DNA of 55,881 bases, filler included, from Sphacelaria rigidula (taxonomy: Eukaryota), in the NCBI GenBank assembly GCA_964200075.2. It is 5 parts of 5 records of this genome, joined end to end, with 100 filler letters (N's around TTAATTAATTAA, not from the genome) between each part and the next. Parts side by side here need not be neighbours in the genome. Positions count along the whole stretch, not along the records: positions 11,198 to 22,294 come from CAXNAA020005391.1; positions 22,395 to 33,490 come from CAXNAA020005392.1; 3 more parts are not named here. The stretch is one strand, 5' to 3'. Of this stretch, positions 13,458 through 27,100 are shown in pieces. Under the pieces are notes generated by a model that did not search any database, was not told where the DNA came from, and was given only the letters and a program-made list of their open reading frames with translations. Made by a program: the position numbers and the translations under genes. Positions within the stretch are counted from its first letter, which is position 1, and each line of letters begins with the position of its first letter.

Positions 13458-16400
13458 AACTGGAATTGGTGAAAAACAGAGCAACAAGGAAAAGGACGGC
13501 CTACTACTACAAAAAAAGTGAAATGAAAAAAACGTGAGCACGGTTATTTCTCGCGCCCTGTTCGCCTTTTCTCCTTCCGTCGCCCATTCTTCTTCATTTT
13601 CCCCTCTCTTTACTTTCCACTCATGAGCGAGCTCCTCCGATTAAGCTTGCCATGGACATCGTGTTTACTCTATGTACGCTCATCCAAAAACCACGGCTTA
13701 GATGCACAACGAATCAGTTTAAAATGAGTCCCCAGGTACGATAGGGGGAGGGGGGAGGGGGGGGAGGCGTACTCATGATTTTCCATGCTTCAGTCAAAAC
13801 CAATGAATTCGCGTCCCTACAAAACCGAGACGGAGCACGCCGGGTTTTCACGAGACCAGGCTCGCAATTTATCACCGAGCGCGGAGCGCCGTGATGCGTT
13901 CGGCGAATCGTATGAAGGGTGAGCTGCATCCTGCCAAGATTGTTCACCCGAAGCCTACTGATCATCTTGCATTTGGATGATCCAGACTACGACGAGTTGC
14001 CTCATTTCCTGGTATTGCCACCTTCGGAGACAGCCACGGCTTGAACACGGCCTCATGGGTGTCTCACCATTTGAACACTACTTAGTATAATTACCCCCCT
14101 TTGCGCGTAGTATAGGTTCTCGGCCGACGTCATGGTTACCGCAAAAAAAAGTCAGCAACCTATTACAGTTGCCTAGCTGAAGCAGTAAGTCACATGTTTT
14201 ACAGCGTCACTGCCAACCGATGCCAATCCTACAGGGGGTGGAGAGGGGGGGAAGGGGTGTTTTGGGGCATTGATTTTCACCAATTTCAACTTCAAATCGT
14301 TGTTGGAAGCAGCAAGGTTTGTTCGAACGCGCTTGCCACCAGTAAAAAAATATCATACCACGTGACACAGTTCTCACCCGAATACAAACGCACCGCCAGT
14401 AGTTAGGTCGTTCGACACACTTGTGAGCCCCTTTAGTTCGTAATCAAGAAACCTCCCCCCTTCCCCTCATCCTAGTTAAACGATTCACACACAAGATAGT
14501 TGCGAGAAAATGATCGCTACACTTGGGAGATAAATGATATCCACGAATGGCGCATCAAGTAGGGGCAAGATATTGTGAAGGTTCTTGTGTAGTGTATGGA
14601 AGAAACGTAATTAGCACCCAATTGTCGGAGGTGTCTCCACGATGAGTAGGAACGGTGCTCCGTCGAAAGAAATTAGACAATGGTCAAACGACCAAGGCAA
14701 GCAACGAATAGGTACTTCTCAACCCCCCCCCATCCCCAATCGTAGCGTCATTCTCGAATCGAAACACACGGATACCTTGAGAAGAGCCTTGACAACGTCA
14801 ACATGGCCCATGATAGACGCCTCCATCAGCCCAGAAATTTCGTCTTTGTCCTTCGCGTTCACGTCGGCTCCCTGCAGAAACACCGACCGCGGGTCAACGT
14901 TTGCGTGTTACCCACACAACTACGGATGAATCAACTACATTCGACGCATGGCGTTGAAAAAAATTACATTTACAAAGCTTCATACGGAGTCAGGATACTC
15001 CCAAGTTTTGTAAATAACAGACAAATGCACACCGCCAAAAGTTGACGCCTGGGAGGTGAGGTACAATCCGAATTCATCCACCAATGATTGATTCATGTTA
15101 ACGTCCACTCTCGCGTTCGGCTTTACTCAGAGTATATCGTTCCACCGGAGAAATACAGAGGAAAAACGCACCCTCAATCCCCAAGTGCAAATTATGCGTC
15201 CGTTCTCGTGTGATGAATCAAAATTGTGTTTTCGGCGTGGGGAGATGCCTGGAAGTGCAGGGTTCTTGTTTATAACACCTGACCAGACAGGGATATATAT
15301 GTATCGGGCATTGCAGGTCGAAGCTCGTGAGAGTAGGACTGCGCGCGCACTGCGCGAAGCTGACAGGGGGGTCTAGTGGGTCGAACCCCACGCTGCCTGA
15401 AGCAAAACTTTCCAAGGCTCTACGCACCTACCTCATATGATTGCCGTGAGACAGTATAGCTGAGCCTCTGCGTAATGGGAACACCAACCCGCTTGCGGGA
15501 AAAGTGTTCATTCAGGGTTCGTTCTTCCCTCAAGTGGACAGAAAAAATAACTACTGGGATAAGGTATGGCTTAGCGGGGTGATCGAGCCATGTTCCCAAC
15601 ATCCCATGTTGTTTCGAAAGACTATTTACCGAAACTATTTTGTTCATACTGTTGTACATACGCTACTCCTCGTCGATATCCCCTACAGAACACAACCTTG
15701 GTAATTTCAGGGCCGAAGCTCATGACAGCAGCGCGGCAGGTGCGCTGCGCCAAGTTGGTATGAGGTTCCAGTGGGTTCGACTCCCAGTGCCTCGAGTTGA
15801 GCGAAGCTTGCCACACGCTCGAGGCACCTTCCCCACATGACTGCCACCAGGCGGTCTAGTCGAGCGTCCGGATAATCAACCCTTTTGGAACCCACTGACA
15901 ATATTTGTTTTCGTGAATCGGCACCATCTCGACTTTAAAATGACTAAAAATGATGTCGTTCAAATAAAATAAAAATCGTCAATGGGTTCGGAAAGGGTTA
16001 AAACACGAATTCGGTAGCGGGTCAAGTTTGGGTGTGTTTTCCTTCTTTCTTCGGGGGAAAGAAAAAAAAGGCGGTGATCTTCACGTCACTGACTGCAGCT
16101 GCTGGCTTCTTGCCTTGCGAAACATGATTCACGGACAGCTCGGGGATGAGTATTTCCCCTCTCCACACACGAAACACACAACACTACTCCGATCTCACGC
16201 TTTTACCTTGTCCAGCAAGTGCTTCACGACTTCCAAATGTCCCTGCGATGCCGCTGCAACGAGGGCCGTCAGTTTGTCCCAGTCCTGACTATTCACGTCC
16301 AGACCGTCTTTGAGGTACGCCTTGACCGCATCCATGTCACCATCGGAGGCGGCCGTAATGAACCTGCGAGTCACGTACAACACGTTTCGTTTTCTCGTAC

Positions 16401-16924
16401 TCGACATACTTCTGTTGATAAAAAAAAGTGCGTGCTGGGCAGGAACAAAAGCAACATGACCTTCGTGATTCCTCATCCTCCCCCCTCCTATCCCCCAACA
16501 ATTTCAGCAGGATGCAGCTCACCCTCCAGGCGACTCACCGGACACATCACGGCGGCGCTTCACGCTTGGTAATCGAGTGCGAGCCTGGTCCGGCGAAAAC
16601 CCGGCGTGCTCCACCCCGACTTCGTGGGGATGCGAGGTCAATGCTCTCATGACTACGACATGCAAGGTCATGAGTACCCTCCACCCCCCCTGCGCGCCTT
16701 TTCCCTGACTTCATTTCCACTATGAACAAATGGGCACACCTGGCACCCGGGCTCATCATGAGGGAGATGTCCTCCTTCGACGCGAACTGAAGCGAAAGGC
16801 TGGCGTATCCCCCGTCGCACGGTCCCACCTTAGCGACCTCTCCATCCCTCTGTAGACAATTCAGGTTGCCCTCTCCTTCTGTCAGAATGTACCCGCTGTC
16901 CGTGTCGCCCAGGATGTTCCATGC
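13150..16924 (-). CDS. Ankyrin-repeat protein, internal exons only
   Basis: Exons on the minus strand: 16924-16740 (AWNILGDTDSGYILTEGEGNLNCLQRDGEVAKVGPCDGGYASLSLQFASKEDISLMMSPGAR), 16363-16207 (FITAASDGDMDAVKAYLKDGLDVNSQDWDKLTALVAAASQGHLEVVKHLLDK), 14871-14776 (GADVNAKDKDEISGLMEASIMGHVDVVKALLK), 13351-13150 (AGAEVDAEAKSGVTALWLASGEGRAEVVKELLKNGASASNSRSDGITALMGASAGGHAEVVNMLLDA). GT-AG sites with compatible phases; about 5 ANK repeats. Confidence 0.9.
13394..13458. repeat. (AAC)n microsatellite
   Basis: About 20 AAC units. Confidence 0.95.
15314..15878 (+). mobile_element. Two copies of a SINE-like repeat (15314-15510 and 15708-15878); third copy at ~55085-55310 (-)
   Basis: Colinear matches G(G/T)CGAAGCTC.TGA, CTGCGC.AAG.TG, CATATGA.TGCC and CGCTTG..AAGTGTT. 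The second copy has a B-box-like GTGGGTTCGACTCCC. Confidence 0.6.
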
Positions 16925-19900
16925 CTATGAGAAGCAAACACATGTGTTCCATCGAAAACAAAATGGGTAACAAGAAAAAAACAAGAAGGTGAAGTAACGG
17001 GCGGGAGAAGGGAGAAGGGAATAGGCGCTTAATCCGCCCATCGTGGGTGTGAGGGTGATTTTATTGACGTCACTCTATTTCTCATCTCTTAATTTTCCGT
17101 TTTCCCTTTCTCGACACAGGTTCTTTCAGAAGGTACTTCTATTCTCCATCTACCTTCGGTGTATCGGCCATGCACATGTGCGATAGCTCATTAAGTTATC
17201 ACGGTTCGGACGAATCGTTACCGGTTCGAATTACCAAATCCACAACTTTTCAGACCTGATTACTCAACAAAGAGGGGACACGTTTACTGGTGGCCACAAA
17301 GATATCCCCTCATTTTTTTGCACTATTCGACGTGCCTGGGCTGCGTGAACCTGGGTTGCAACGCTAAAAACAAAGCATTAGCATCGATTCATACGGTACG
17401 AACCAATCAGACTAAAATCGACTGATTTCCAGACGAGTCATGAATTCGCCCGACCCATGTAAGATACCGAGAAAAACTCATGATGGAGGACTCTAAGATC
17501 CATCATGCACAACACCAAACAGGTGACAGCAGGGTCAGAGAAGCCAACGCGCTACCGGGAGCAAATATGGGAAAAGGGGCAACATGAGATGAATCATGAT
17601 CCAGATCCGTACACTATTGGGTACTGATGTTCAGGTAACTCAGCTATTTGACGTGTACCATTATGTGGCCGGGACTGGATTTCGGTGAGATAGGTTCATG
17701 TGCGATAAAAAAACAAAACGAGCACGGTGAAGGGTATTCACAAAAAACCAAAATAAGCAATCATGTTAGCCATGTTACTACACTCGCGGTGATATCAATG
17801 GGCTTTCCTTACAGCTGGCCGTGCTTTTCGGAATTAGATAAATTGGGGTACTCTTTTCGGTGCGCCTTTCGGACGAGTATTCCACCTGCGCACCCGCGGC
17901 ACGCTCGCATGCGTGGTATAAATAAAAAACGTTTTTGCCAACAGAATATCAGTGGACGCACAACACGACCCGAACACAGCGCAGTGCAAAAAACAATCAC
18001 GAGAACATAAAAATGCTTCGTCTGGGGGTACCACACCTTTGCGCAGCATTTTTTGCAGGCGCCCAGCTCAAGAGCGGATTCTTCTCCTGCACAGCTGCTT
18101 CGATCCAAGCATGTGTCCTGCGCACGCACGCGAGGCGCACACAGCGCAGCACGGGCAACAAGAAGAAACCACAGGCATTTCGTCAAAAACGAAAAAAGAA
18201 ACTCACACACACACACACGACACATACTGGAAAATGACGAAAATATTACGTTGCCAAGAGGCGTATCAAGTAGAGCACGGAATCTACCGTACATTGCAAC
18301 GGTCGCAATAGTCGATGTATTCATGATCCTGCACGCCGTAGTCACACGGCCATCGGACTCGCATCCCTACAAAGCCGGGACGGGGCACGCCGGCTTGTCG
18401 CCGGACCATTCTCGGGCTGAGTGTGGGGTGGATGCTTGTGCCCGGAGTAACCGAGAAGCTTACGAAGCCAACCATGCGTGTATGAGACTTTCTGTGGGAA
18501 AATTTCAAGACAGGATGGAATCTCAAACAGGATGGAGAGGCGATTTCGATCATGCTGATTCGTCAACTTCATCCCGGAACGATTTCGCCGGCCAACAGTC
18601 AAGAAACGTACACAAGATTGCGGCGGGCGGCGTAGTTTTGGACGAAGGGGGGGGGGGGGTGAATCCCTGTTCCCGCATCAACCAAGAAGGTCAAGCGGGT
18701 TATTGACGGGGATTATCCCCTTTTGGAAACATCCTTAAAAAAAGGGTTTGCCCCAACAACGACCAGTTTGAGTGTTACCGCGAAAGCAGTTTGTACAGAT
18801 CGAAGCCCAGATCTGCACGCAGGTTCAGCGATGCGGCGATTTTGGAAGTGGTCTCTAGTCCAGCATCTGTACTAACGGACAAGACGCAGCAAGGCAACAC
18901 AACAATTTTACATCTAGCCCCAAAAAATCACGCACAGACCTCCAGCAATGACCCGCATTGAATCAGGCACTAGCTCCGGCCGATGTACACACATCTTTGT
19001 TAGACGGAAAAATCTTGTATTGGAGGAATCACGGTCGCGTGCGCGTCAAACTACAACCGAAAAATTGTCCTTCCCGGCCGTTTGTGTACGTATGCTATGC
19101 TCGCGTCCCACACAAATCATCGTTTTTCATTCAATTTTGAACATATTTGAGCAAGTTTAGCGGATAAGCAGCCACGGCTCAAGCTGTGTCTTTGGTTCGC
19201 GTGGGCACCAAATTCTTCAGGTTCAACTCTGTTGTGTTGGGTCGTATGGTGAGCCTTTGCATGTGCACCCGTTAACGGGATTCAAGGGTGTACACAAAGT
19301 CGCCCTTCCGAAGGGGATTGTGGGGCACGTTTTTTTTGGGGGGGGGTGCTATCGCGGCGATCAGGGGCCGTTTCTGAGAAGGTATTCTTCGGAAAAGGGA
19401 TCGTCTCTTTCGATAAGAACTTGCCTTGCGAAACCACTTATGCCCGTCTGAAACTTTCCGTAGAAAAAACTTCACCTAGGATGAAATCCCAAGACGAATG
19501 GAGTGGCCATTTGAATCGTGCCTGCCGATTGGTCCACTGGGTTGCGTCGTTCCCCTGCGGGATTTCACCAATATCCCAGATGCAGCTTGGCCGTGTTTGA
19601 TCGTTTGGGTGACGACTACTTGACCATAGAGGCACACGGGCAAAAGAGGCCTCTTCTGCTGTGTGTAGTCTATACAGCCCGCTTGCCCCCATCATGTCCT
19701 AAGATAGCTGTCCATCGTGTAGGGCGCTGTTGATCAACACGAACCAGGTGAAGGCGCAGGCTAGAGCAAATTATTGTGCCGTGAAAAAACGATGGCACGC
19801 ATATTTGCGAGGGTGTGTTGGGTGGGGTATTTCCGACATCTGGGTATTTCGAAAAATGGTATCACCACACGAGTACCCAAAACTCAAGTCGAGTATCACG

Positions 19901-22294
19901 ATCGTACCCAACTCTAGCCAATTTTCGGATAGGGGGTTGGAGATGGAACTACGACAACACGGAATTCGAGAGCGCATATTCCGAGGCATTCGCCTTACCC
20001 AACACGTCCTCGCTAATTTGTTCTACACCGTTTTCACCCGCTAATAGAAACATCTGGAATATACAGCAGAAGATCCACAAATGCACGTAGCCAGCAAAAA
20101 AATAACTACAGTTGATGCGTTGTGTCATGCCTTCAAGATCAAACATGCACGTGATGTGCCACCACTCTCTCGGGTACCGAGATTGCAACACTGAGACAGC
20201 ACAGCGTCGTCATCATGACGTTACTTCCTCCGTCCTGAGCTCGTGTGAACAATGCTTTTGACGGCTCGGGGAGATTTTCTCGCTGCAAATTTTCCAAAAA
20301 GTCCAACTCGCCCCTTGGAACCCATGTTGGACCGCAATCCATTTGATCGAAAAGAACACGCAAAGGAAGTTGTGTCGAGCGTCTGGATGGCTAACTAGCG
20401 ATCACTTCATCCGACGCGTGGGTGACTGCCATCATCCAGGCGTGGCATGGACAAGACTATCAGACCTGACTGTCGACCACGGGCGCTAGAAGGGTTGACA
20501 AGGCCGTCTTTGTAGTGTCTGAAATATTTTGGGGGCCAGACTGCACGAAGGGTTACTGCGGGCGGTGGGAAACTAATCCTTCCTTGGCACAAGACCCGTA
20601 CATGGGCATGATTTAATGGTGAATTAAATCATTTGCACGAAGCGCGAGTATGGCCAAGCGTTCAAGGTCGGCATGCCACAAACATTGAGGACTCATTTAA
20701 AACCAGGCGAAGAACTGAAACACAGGACATGTCTTATTTCACTGTACCGCAGCACACTCACTTCTTCTTTCATGTACTGTAGCGATTACTCTTTCATGGT
20801 GTGCTCAGACCTTGCGAAGGTGGTTTAGTCTGTGTTTTGTCTGTAGAAAAATAGTATTAAAGGAACGCAGTGCTGTCGGAAATTTCACGGTGACTCGACT
20901 GTAGTTTCGTCTTTCGTAAAATAAAGAAGGCGGAGCCCAGACCCATCATTTGCATAATATCAGACATGACTGGGTGAAGACACAATCAGCGCCGGTATAC
21001 GCCGCTCGACCGGCTGGGCCAGACCCCGTGCTCCAATGAAAGGAGCAACCCACGAAACAGTGAGGATATACTGCACTGCCAGGGTACTGATTGCATCCGG
21101 TAGCATGGCCGCTGCCGCTGGCATCGGCACCAGGATTCGCAGGTACGGAGGGACACAACCAGCATCGCACTAAGATGAGGATATATCGATACACGAGCAT
21201 CGCAATGACCCCCCTCGCGGCGGCAATGTACCACTCGCTGTTTGCTCGTCTGCTTGCTGCCTTGTCTATCTGCTGCTCCTCCATCCGTTCCGGCGAGACT
21301 GCTTATTCATGCTCTGTGTAGTACGCGCACCGCAGGTGTGACTCGAGTGTGAGAGCCGATCACAAGCATTCTCACTACATAAGTGACTACAGGGGTTGCC
21401 AGTGTTGAATATCGGGACGGGAAAAAAGCAGGTCGATACGATATTTTGAACTATCGACGAAAAAGCGTCGATACCGATATTTTTTTCGATGCTCGGAAAA
21501 TGACGCACCACGGATCGAGTATCGATACTCGATACGATACTGCTACCTTGCTAGGGACGCAGCTTGCAAGATCTAGTGGTACGACACGGGCAAACTAGCG
21601 ACCTGCCCCGAAGTGAGTGCACGCCAGATTGTATCAAGGTCCAATGGAGGTTAGAGCTTTCTCTTGAAAAAACGGTCTCCACCATACGAGCTAGACCAGC
21701 CTAAAAACGGATTCAAGCTCTAAAAGCAATATCTCGTCGATCCGCGTATCCTATGAATCGTCTTATCAAGGGAAAGGTGCCCATCTGCTCAAAAATCTGG
21801 GCCAATTTTTTCTCGTTGATTAAACCTCATGTCTATTAGTTCCTATACCTAGCGGAGATAGCGCCAAAACCAAAATATCTATGAAACTCCCGATCGTTGC
21901 ATTTAGCGGATGGCGACAAATTTTGGTGTGGAGGACCATAAAAGAGTTCCGGTAATACAAAAATGGGCCTTCATTTTTTTTCATAGAATTGAGGCGTTCT
22001 CGCGGATAAATGGTCTTTACCATAGTAAAACGCCATCAACCAGTGAAAAAGATTGAAAAAAATCATCTTGACCCACTTCTTCTGATCAATTATGCCTGGT
22101 CAACACAAAATTTCAATACACGAAAACCATACACGGGCCAATGAGTGGCCTGCGAAATACTGTTCCGAATTTCTACCGACCCAGTTCTGTAAAGGCCCAT
22201 GCTACCGCCAGTATTTAGAGTTGGACTCTGGTATCTTGTATGGACTATGTAGCCGGTCGCCCCGGTGGCTCAGTTGGTAACCTCGTAACCTTCT

Positions 22295-22394
22295 NNNNNN
22301 NNNNNNNNNNNNNNNNNNNNNNNNNNNNNNNNNNNNNNTTAATTAATTAANNNNNNNNNNNNNNNNNNNNNNNNNNNNNNNNNNNNNNNNNNNN
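22295..22394. other. Artificial contig linker
   Basis: 44 N + TTAATTAATTAA + 44 N. Confidence 0.99.
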
Positions 22395-24155
22395 TGTTCC
22401 TTCTGTAACTCATTACGTTTCTTCCATACATTACACAAGAAACTCTTACATATCTTATCTCCGTCCTGTTGGTGGGGTGTTTACCCTCCGTCTTTCCCTT
22501 TGCCGAGTTCTCGTTTATTTGCGAGCACGAGCACACCGGTTTTGCCGCCAATGTCACGAGAACATGAGAGCAATGCAGTTGGAAACAATTGAAACATTTC
22601 CTTGGCCTTGGTCAGCAGCAAACACCAGACCGTGCAATGAGCCGTTGGCCAGTTGAACGAGACACACACAGGGGCAAACGTCCCCACTGTGGGTCACGTG
22701 TGTAGGACCAGCAAAGGGGGGGGGCAAAATCCCTGTGATCATGCAACCCGTAGCAGAGAGTTCCCTCACAGGATGCACCTGCGAAGCACAGGCGCAGAGA
22801 TGTCCTTGTGTCAGGGATGACGAGGAGACTCGTACGAATACGCACCTCATGTATCTTTCGACGGCTTAGTACTGTATTTTCAGTACAAGTCAAGCGTTAC
22901 TTTGCTTGTGGATTTCTCCGCCGTGCCTGAACAAATCAGCCTGAAAATTGACACAGAGGTAGACCACAACACAGACAGCATATTTACGGATCGGCAGCAC
23001 GTTTTACGTGGTGCACCAGACGCACGAAGCAAATATGGCTCATGGGCAATGCCATCGATACGCCCTCAAAACGGAGTTCCTTCGGCCCAGACTGCGTGAT
23101 ACGTCAGTGAATGCATATATGGACAGGCAGATGCGCTCACTTCCACATGATGATCGGCTGAGTGGCTCTCGCCCCGGCAAATAAGCATCGATCCGTTTTG
23201 GGCACACTCTGGATGATGTGTCATTCTACGCGGTACCTATCTTGGTACCGCCTGTAGAGATACTCACGTAAGGAGGCACGGTCGTGCAAGCGTTGTTAGT
23301 GCTTTTACGCGCAATGTATATTATGTACATGTGCCATTTCACATTTTTCATCACTTTTGCCGAGTTGTCTCTGGCGGTAAGGTATTTTTTTCCCCACGCT
23401 TTCATTTGCAGTGCACTGAGAAGGCTCAGCGGTACATTACCGTTCAGGTTTGGGCGTCATCTGATACCTGTGGCGCGTGTTCTGGCCACCGGAAGTCGCT
23501 CAAACTGGCCCTCTTTCGCGGGGTGTCGATCCCGAACCACAAAAGCCTCTCCAAGATCGTAGAAAGCGTGACGGAATATATTTTCGACTTGCGTCACCCC
23601 CGAGGGGCCCGTACCAACCTCCCGGAGGGGAAACTCGTATAATATAAGATTTCTTCCTTTCTTGCTGTCTCGTACTCGCCCGTAGTTGGACCCTATGTTC
23701 ATTTTCACCTGGCCTCGCGCGTCGAGTTGGAAAGCCGGGTGCCACCCCCTGAAGTCCGAATGGCCACCTGGATCTTCTGAGGTTAACCATATGTATTCTC
23801 TCCCTTCTTTATTATACATCCCTGCCTTACTTGTATCGCGTTTTGTGAGTTTTTAATCTAGGTCTATTTTGTTATTTGGTTTTGTTTGATTTCATCGTAC
23901 CTTATTATAGGTGGCTAGCCTGTGACCACGGAAGGCGTCCAGATCAGATGCCCAGTACGAATGTACCACGCAGATATCGGAACGGTTTTTTAATATGAAG
24001 ACATCAACAACAACAACTCTATTCGTGTTTGTGGAACGACCTTGCACCTCCCCCCTCCCCCCTCCCCAGATCACAGTCGTGCAACAGTCGACGCTGAAGC
24101 GTATGCGGTGTTATGCTCCGGTGTGCGGGTTGCCATTTTGTTTCGTGCTTTGCAG

Positions 24156-27100
24156 ATGTACCAGCATCACAAGTACCAAGAGGAGCAGGCGAAGGCTCAG
24201 GCGACTCAGAGAATGATCGACGCGGGAGAAATGGTGCCGGGGGCGAATCTGACGCTTGACTCGCAGAACGAGCAGCAGGTGTTGCATTGGTGTTCAGAAA
24301 CATGAAGATTCATGGGCGTCGTTGATCGTTTGGTTTGGTCTGGCTTGGTTCGGTTTGGTTCGGTTTGGTTGGTATGTTTGGCGAATCAGCACGCGAATGC
24401 ATCATGAATATAAGTCATTGGTTGACGATGTGATGGATTGGTTGGTTGGTTGGTTGGTTGGTAAAATGGTTGATCCGATGGATCTATCGGTTAGCCAGAT
24501 AGCGGGCTGATTGATCGCAGCATATCATAACCAACCACGCTACGAAGCCAATCCAGTCGTACTGGTCACAACATACGCGTATGCGCCCAACCTATATCTG
24601 CATACCCCCCCCCCCCCCCCCCCCCTTTATTATTTTTCTTCTTCTGTTGGTGAAGACCCCCCCCCTTGTTTTTATAAGTTTTGGTNNNNNNNNNCACCTC
24701 TTCTAATAATTTACGTCTGACTGTGAGTAAGAACCCAGCCTCTAGTTTCAAGAGTTGAGGCTAGAAGTATCTCTCTCGGGCGCAGGTTGTTGCTGAAGTC
24801 ACGTTGAAGTTCTGAAGACATTGAACTCAGCAGGAGGGTAGAAAAAAAACGAAAACATTTCACCGTACTGTTGCTGATGTTTGTTTGGTTGTCTTCATTT
24901 TGTTGAATTCAGTTGCACTGTTTGTATCATGTGTTGTGTTGTCATCCTCATCTATTCTGGACGCGAGTCTTCACCTTTTTGGCGTATTTGCGTGTACGTC
25001 TCATCTGCCGGGGTCGCAGAAGGAGTCTCACAGCGGAGTTTTTTTTTTCGCCTTTTTTTCGTACTCCCACCTTTCCTTCTGCAGTGCTTGCCTTTTACTG
25101 TTATCGCGAGGAGGGTTCGATCGTCCCTTTATCTTGTCGACCGTGACGTCGAGATTTGTGTACTCAAGAGCATAGTCGCTCTCCGCTGCATGATGTGAGA
25201 AGAAAAAAAAATCCAGATCTTGTGACTTCGCCTCGAGATCCGAAGTCATGTCCCAACCGTCAGATGATTTCGAGGATATAGTACGAACCGAGCCACCGGG
25301 GCGACCGGGTGTATTTCTACGAACACCCTAAACATTTTCGTTCCGAGCCATGCTACGGTAGGGGTCGCAATTTTTTCAGCGAAAACGTTTCTCGGAGCAG
25401 CTCGGGGTGTTGTTGGACGGATCATTTTGAGAATCGGCATCACTTTCAGTATTTTTCGAATAAAAATGATGGCGATTCACGAAAAGGACCCTGCGTACAA
25501 ACGCCATGTTTCTGGGAGTCCGGTCCCTGAAGATTTGGGTTGCACAGTAAGCTCCATATATTTGAACTCCCACAAAAAAGGGACCCAGAAACCAAAAGTG
25601 CAACCCCTACCGTAGCATGGCTCTTCCCTTCATTTTAATACTCTTGTCGTACTGTAGGGTTGGCGAAGATCTTGGACCAAAACGCCCGCATGAATCGCAT
25701 CACATTTAATATGTCGCTCACAAAATATCCCCCCCCCCCCCCCAATCTCCCCAACTCTCGGCTTCTCTTCCAATACTCGAACAAATTTGCTCACTGCGTC
25801 CCACGTCGAGACAGTTCGAGCTTCTGTTGAAGCAGCTGACCGGTTCGCAAGACTCCATTCAGGCCAGCAAAGATTGGGTCGTGTCACGTCTGGGGCACTA
25901 CGCCCTGGCCATCGCGTGGCGCCTGAGAGCTTTCAGTAAGGAGACGGAAGTGGCTGCCGGGGGAGAGGGGCCGTTCGCCCTTCCGCGTCCCAAGGTACAT
26001 CATACACAATAGTAGTAACCCCTGTGCCCCTTTTCTTCTTCTTCTTCCCCCCCTTTTTTTTCTACCATACATTTCTAGCACATTCCCTTCAATCTCGAAA
26101 CAGATTAATTTTTAAATGAAACTGTTATCGTCTCCTGGTGAAGCAATAGTAGTGAGAGGTGATACTCGGAAGGCGAGTGCGTATGTCACCTCGGGTTCGA
26201 GAGGTCGGGCTAGTGTGAAGAAATAATAATGGTGAAAATAATGAACAATCTTCTCCTAGTACGGTACTATACCCCAGGCAAATGCACCTGTATTAGGTCG
26301 ATGGACCGATTATCGTGTGCCGTAACATGCGGCCGGGGGGGTACTCATTCGTTGTTTGCCTTAGTCATTTCACCATTGACCACTCATCCCTTTCGAGACG
26401 GAGCACCATGCCGTAGCAGGGGGTGGGCGTACTCATTTGTTGCTTGTCTTAGTCGTTTGACCATTGACCACGCATCCATTTCGAGACGGAACAAAGTAGC
26501 GGGGGAGAGATGAATAGGTCCATTGATCCCTTGAGATCACGGACTTGTCCCGAGGAAGGGGAAGGATCACAAGTGTGACGGAAAAAAAACCCCATGCGTT
26601 CACCCGGCGGCGGCGGGTAAGGGGGGGCAGAGGTTTGTGCAGCGAACCCTTTTCTCTTCCCTCCCCCTGTCGCGTGCGCCCGATGTGTTGTGATGTGACG
26701 TGACACGTGACGACGTGACGTGATGTGACGTGATGTGACGTGATGTGACGTGATGTGATGTGATGTGATGTGATGTGATATCAGTGTTAGACAGTATGTC
26801 AACACCTGCTCGCTGAGTGAATACCAACCTCCCGAAGGGAGGAAAAGAAACAAAACATAATAACGGGAAAAATGATGAGTTTTCGGCTTAATTAATTTAT
26901 TAAATATATATTTATATCTTGTCATTTTATTTTATTCTCTTATTTATTAGTTAGAACCACAACGGTATTTACCGGCACCACGACTGTGTAGGTGTACGTT
27001 GCACGCGTTGCATACCACCCCCTCTGAATTAAAGCTTCTGAGCAGTGAGAGACTTTCGGGCGATTTTTGTAGAGCAGTACTTGTGTGCCGGCATGCACAA

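Noticed and set aside
19200-21320. Possible decayed coding or TE sequence, or upstream ankyrin-gene exons
   Set aside because: No recognisable domain or consistent splice pattern by eye; needs BLASTX.
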